The position numbers were made by a program, and so were the translations under genes. Positions 8,881-11,431 of a stretch of DNA of 11,431 nucleotides are shown here, in pieces; within the stretch, counting starts at the first letter, position 1; the number at the start of each line of letters is the position of its first letter. Under the pieces are notes generated by a model. It saw nothing but the letters and a program-made list of their open reading frames with translations, was not told the DNA's origin and ran no database searches. This DNA is from Chlorokybus atmophyticus. Its lineage: Eukaryota > Plantae > Mesostigma and Chlorokybus algae. The DNA is taken from contig RHPI01000045.1 of the NCBI GenBank assembly GCA_009103225.1, forward strand, positions 5,085 to 16,515, given 5' to 3'.

Positions 8881-9092
8881 GTGAGTATGTTTGCACTCAC
8901 ATTCACATGTTTGTAAAGTGTGTTTGTATCTGCGTCATAGACCAGTTTGAATAACTGCGGACTATAAAACAACTATGCGCACCGTGCACGTGTGCATGCG
9001 ACTGCATGTGTAAAGGCCGAGCAAGCAGGGCAAGCAATGAACATGCAATTGCTATACATTACCGTATACAGTTATGCACATGTGTTCTGCAG
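8881..9092 (+). other. Probable GT-AG intron (212 nt) followed by a short last exon of unresolved frame
   Basis: Consensus donor GTGAGT at 8881 and acceptor GTGTTCTGCAG ending 9092. The three possible phases stop between 9107 and ~9185. Confidence 0.6.
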
Positions 9093-9204
9093 GCTATGTA
9101 CATTAAGTGGATGCCTACAAGCCCAGCCTGCAGCTGCACTATAAGTCCAACCTACAGCTGGAACCAAGTACCTGGGTGCTACTGACTCAGTCTATTGGCC
9201 TGAA

Positions 9205-11430
9205 CTAATTAGCTGGACACGATGGTGGTGGTGGTGCTGGTGGTTGTTGCGGTTGTGGTTGTGATTGTGGTGGAGCTGATCGAGCTGATGGATGTCTGCT
9301 CAAGTAGTAGCCGATTAGGCCTTCATATCGTTCTCTGGTTTCGTGTGGGCCCTGGTGCGCAACTGCTCGTTGTGCTTTAATGAGATGTGCATATGATCGG
9401 TTCGCCATGTTTCGATCAAGCAGGAGCAAAAACTCCGTGAGTCCGGGCTGCAGAGCACCAAAGACCTCCAAAGTGTTGGCGTACTGAGGGAGCCCATGCT
9501 CCACTCGCCGTTGATTGATGTCACGGAGGTAATGGTGCACTGTGTTTCGGATCAGAACACACAGCGCAACAGGATCATTGTCCCAAGTGGGTCGCGTCGG
9601 TTGATTGTTCCTCTGCGCCCAGGCATTGCGAGCTTGTATGCAGATTGCAAGCTCTGAAGCAATGAGCTGTTGCCAACCTCGCAAGGACTGTCGTATGATC
9701 TGGGTAGTCTGCGATTCTCCTTTGCTCAACGAACGTGCCCGCGCGCCGGGACTTTCAGCTATAAAGTCCTCCACCACAACCCGCATCCACTCATCCACCA
9801 GAACCTCTCCCATATGTATCTGTTGCTCTTTAAACCGCTGACGTTCAGCTTTCAATTGCGTGACCCGCATATCATATTGATTGATCTCCCTTTGCTGCTC
9901 AAAAAACTCCTCTTGAAGTTCAGCCTCTGGCGGTAGTCCGGACGTGGAAGGAATGTCACCAGCTCTACCAGCTGCTGTGACACGCTGCAGCACCTGAAGC
10001 GTCTCTTCGAGCCTCTGCTGGGTATCTGTGAGCAGCATCTCTGTATAACTAACACGCTGCATGGCTTGAGCAGTGTTTTCTTCCGATTCCTCCAGCTCCG
10101 CCTGTACCTTCAGAATTTCCGGGTCGTTTATGGTGGCTTGTCGCTTGCCGTTTTTGATAAGCTTCAGCTTGGACTTTTGGAGTTTAGCACTTTCCTGATG
10201 CAGGCGTTTCACCTCCGCATTCAGGGCGTCTGCTTAAGCAGCTTGCCTGCTTGCCTCTGCTTGCAGCTTGCCCCCAATCTCTTGCTGTTGAAAGGCTAGC
10301 CGCTGAAGTTGTTTGTTGAGAGACTCCACTCGTGCTTGGAGGCGGTTCCTGTCATCAGTGATGGAGTCAACCTCTGTTTGCAGCTTGCGCCTAGCCTCTT
10401 GCTCCTGTTGAGAGGCCTGCAAGAGTTTTGCGTTGCCGGACTGCACTGTTGCACGGAGCTTTTTTCTTGCCTCCGCACCCGTGCGCAGTCGCTCGCTCAG
10501 ACTGGCCTTGTCCACTCGAAGGCGGTCCGCCTTTTCAAGCGCCTTCTGCTGATCGGAGGACTCCTGCTGCTGAAGTTGGCCGCTGCTCTCCTCCAGCTTC
10601 TTGGTGTCCTCCTCATGTGCCTTTAGCTGAGCGGAGGCCTCCTGCTGAAGCTGGCGGATGCTCTCCTCCTGCATCTGTCTGGCCTCCTCACCTTGGCGCA
10701 GGCGCTCACTCAGGCTCGCATCGTGCTCTCATAGGCGGTCTGCCTCTTCAAGCGCCTTTTGCTGATCGGAGGACTCCTGCTGCTGAAGCTGGCCGCCACT
10801 CTCCTGCTGCTTCTTCCTGGCCTCCTCAGCTTGGCGCAGGCGCTCACTCAGTTCTGCATTTTCCTTTTGTAAGCGGTCCGACTCCTCACGCGCCTGCTGC
10901 TGGAGGGAGGCCATTTGCTGAAGCTGGATTTGGAGCTTGCGCGCAGCGTCATGCTCCAGTTGAGAGGCCTCCTCGGCTTTGCGCAGGCGCTCCTGCAGGC
11001 TCTGGATCTTCTCCAAGCGTGCTGATGCTGATCCTTCAAAGCTGCTCCTCTCCTGCCGTAGGCTCACATTCTCCATTTTCAAGCGTTGCCTCTCCGCATT
11101 GGTCCACCTCGACTGGTTGTGAAGCGAGTCCTCCTGCTTCTTCTGAATGGAATCATGATGTGCTTCCCGACGCTGCAGTTTTGCATTAAGGGTGTTCACC
11201 TCTGCTTGGAGCATTTGTGCTTGAGCGGAGGGCTGCTGCTGCAGCCGGTCAAGCAGTATCCGCTGCTTTTTCCTGGCCTCTTCGGCTGTCGCCAACTGCT
11301 GTCGTAGGCGGTCCCTGTCAACAGTGGTGGCGACCACCTCTTTTTATGCATCTTCACGCTGCTTCTGAGTGGAAGCCTCCTATGGCTGTGCATTGCTGGC
11401 CTGTTGCGCCAGTACCGCCTCCTCACGCCG
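9205..11430 (-). pseudogene. Intronless repeat-rich coiled-coil protein gene of unknown function (742 or more codons, 5' end outside the window), disrupted by 4 stops
   Basis: Track ORFs 9205-10212, 10234-10674 and 10729-11337 share one minus frame that runs to the window edge. Stops are TAG 11380, TAA 11344, TGA 10729 and TAA 10234; internal repeats show Gln/Arg at matching positions. The sequence is Q/E/R/K/L/A-rich heptads, then a ~175-aa globular region and a P/Q tail. Confidence 0.8.
10520..10805 (-). repeat. Internal coding repeat of the coiled-coil gene: 73-bp blocks 213 bp apart
   Basis: 10520-10592 vs 10733-10805 (encoding GQLQQQESSDQQKALE.ADRL) differ at 6 positions. An (L)SERLR..EEAR-like motif recurs at ~10480, 10695, 10832 and 10980. 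Confidence 0.92.
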
Positions 11431-11431
11431 C

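Noticed and set aside
8193-8884. ORFs 8193-8468, 8469-8657 and 8621-8884 as independent small genes
   Set aside because: They join into one transposase exon via TAG 8466 and a frameshift in the C-run at ~8608.
10428-11189. 253-aa Pro/Ala-rich plus-strand ORF (also 3613-4227, 859-1209, 1426-1875 minus, and similar)
   Set aside because: These are antisense or off-frame shadows of GC-rich coding sequence, with no recognisable motifs.
871-11382. Alternative genetic code with TAA/TAG = Gln (as in some ulvophyte algae): nine stops are TAR and several sit at Gln-like positions
   Set aside because: Five TGA stops and five frameshifts disrupt the same genes, and Gln is otherwise encoded by CAG/CAA throughout the very Gln-rich ORF. 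Pseudogenisation explains everything.
9205-11430. Endogenous giant-virus origin or a named protein (SMC, myosin, kinesin) for the coiled-coil gene
   Set aside because: No viral hallmark gene, ATPase or motor motif is visible. Generic coiled-coil similarity cannot support a name.

Overview
Eukaryotic transposon-rich DNA, probably from a green alga or streptophyte (inferred from GT-AG introns and the element families, not proven). It holds three decayed coding units. (1) 1-5059 (+): the 3' part of a Ty3/Gypsy LTR retrotransposon. Its pol frame reads C5 cytosine methyltransferase (DNMT) domain - RT - RNase H - integrase - PHD finger, followed by a PPT and a probable 773-bp 3' LTR (TGTTAA...TTAACA). 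(2) 5372-8880+ (+): an intron-containing CACTA/EnSpm (CMC superfamily)-like transposase pseudogene whose 5' end is replaced by the retroelement. A second partial copy of the PPT-adjacent/LTR start lies just before it. Its introns share a family of CTCATAGGCACTG-NN-CAGTG palindromic repeats. (3) 9205-11430+ (-): one intronless frame of at least 742 codons encoding a repeat-rich coiled-coil protein with an unrecognised C-terminal domain, convergent with the transposase. The ORF track fragments all three units because of 14 in-frame stops and 5 frameshifts; where context allows inference, the stops look like C>T/G>A transitions. The best leads are the DNMT+PHD (chromatin writer + reader) retrotransposon, the shared intronic palindrome family, and the possible two-gene convergent DNA transposon. 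No rRNA, tRNA or CRISPR features are supported.
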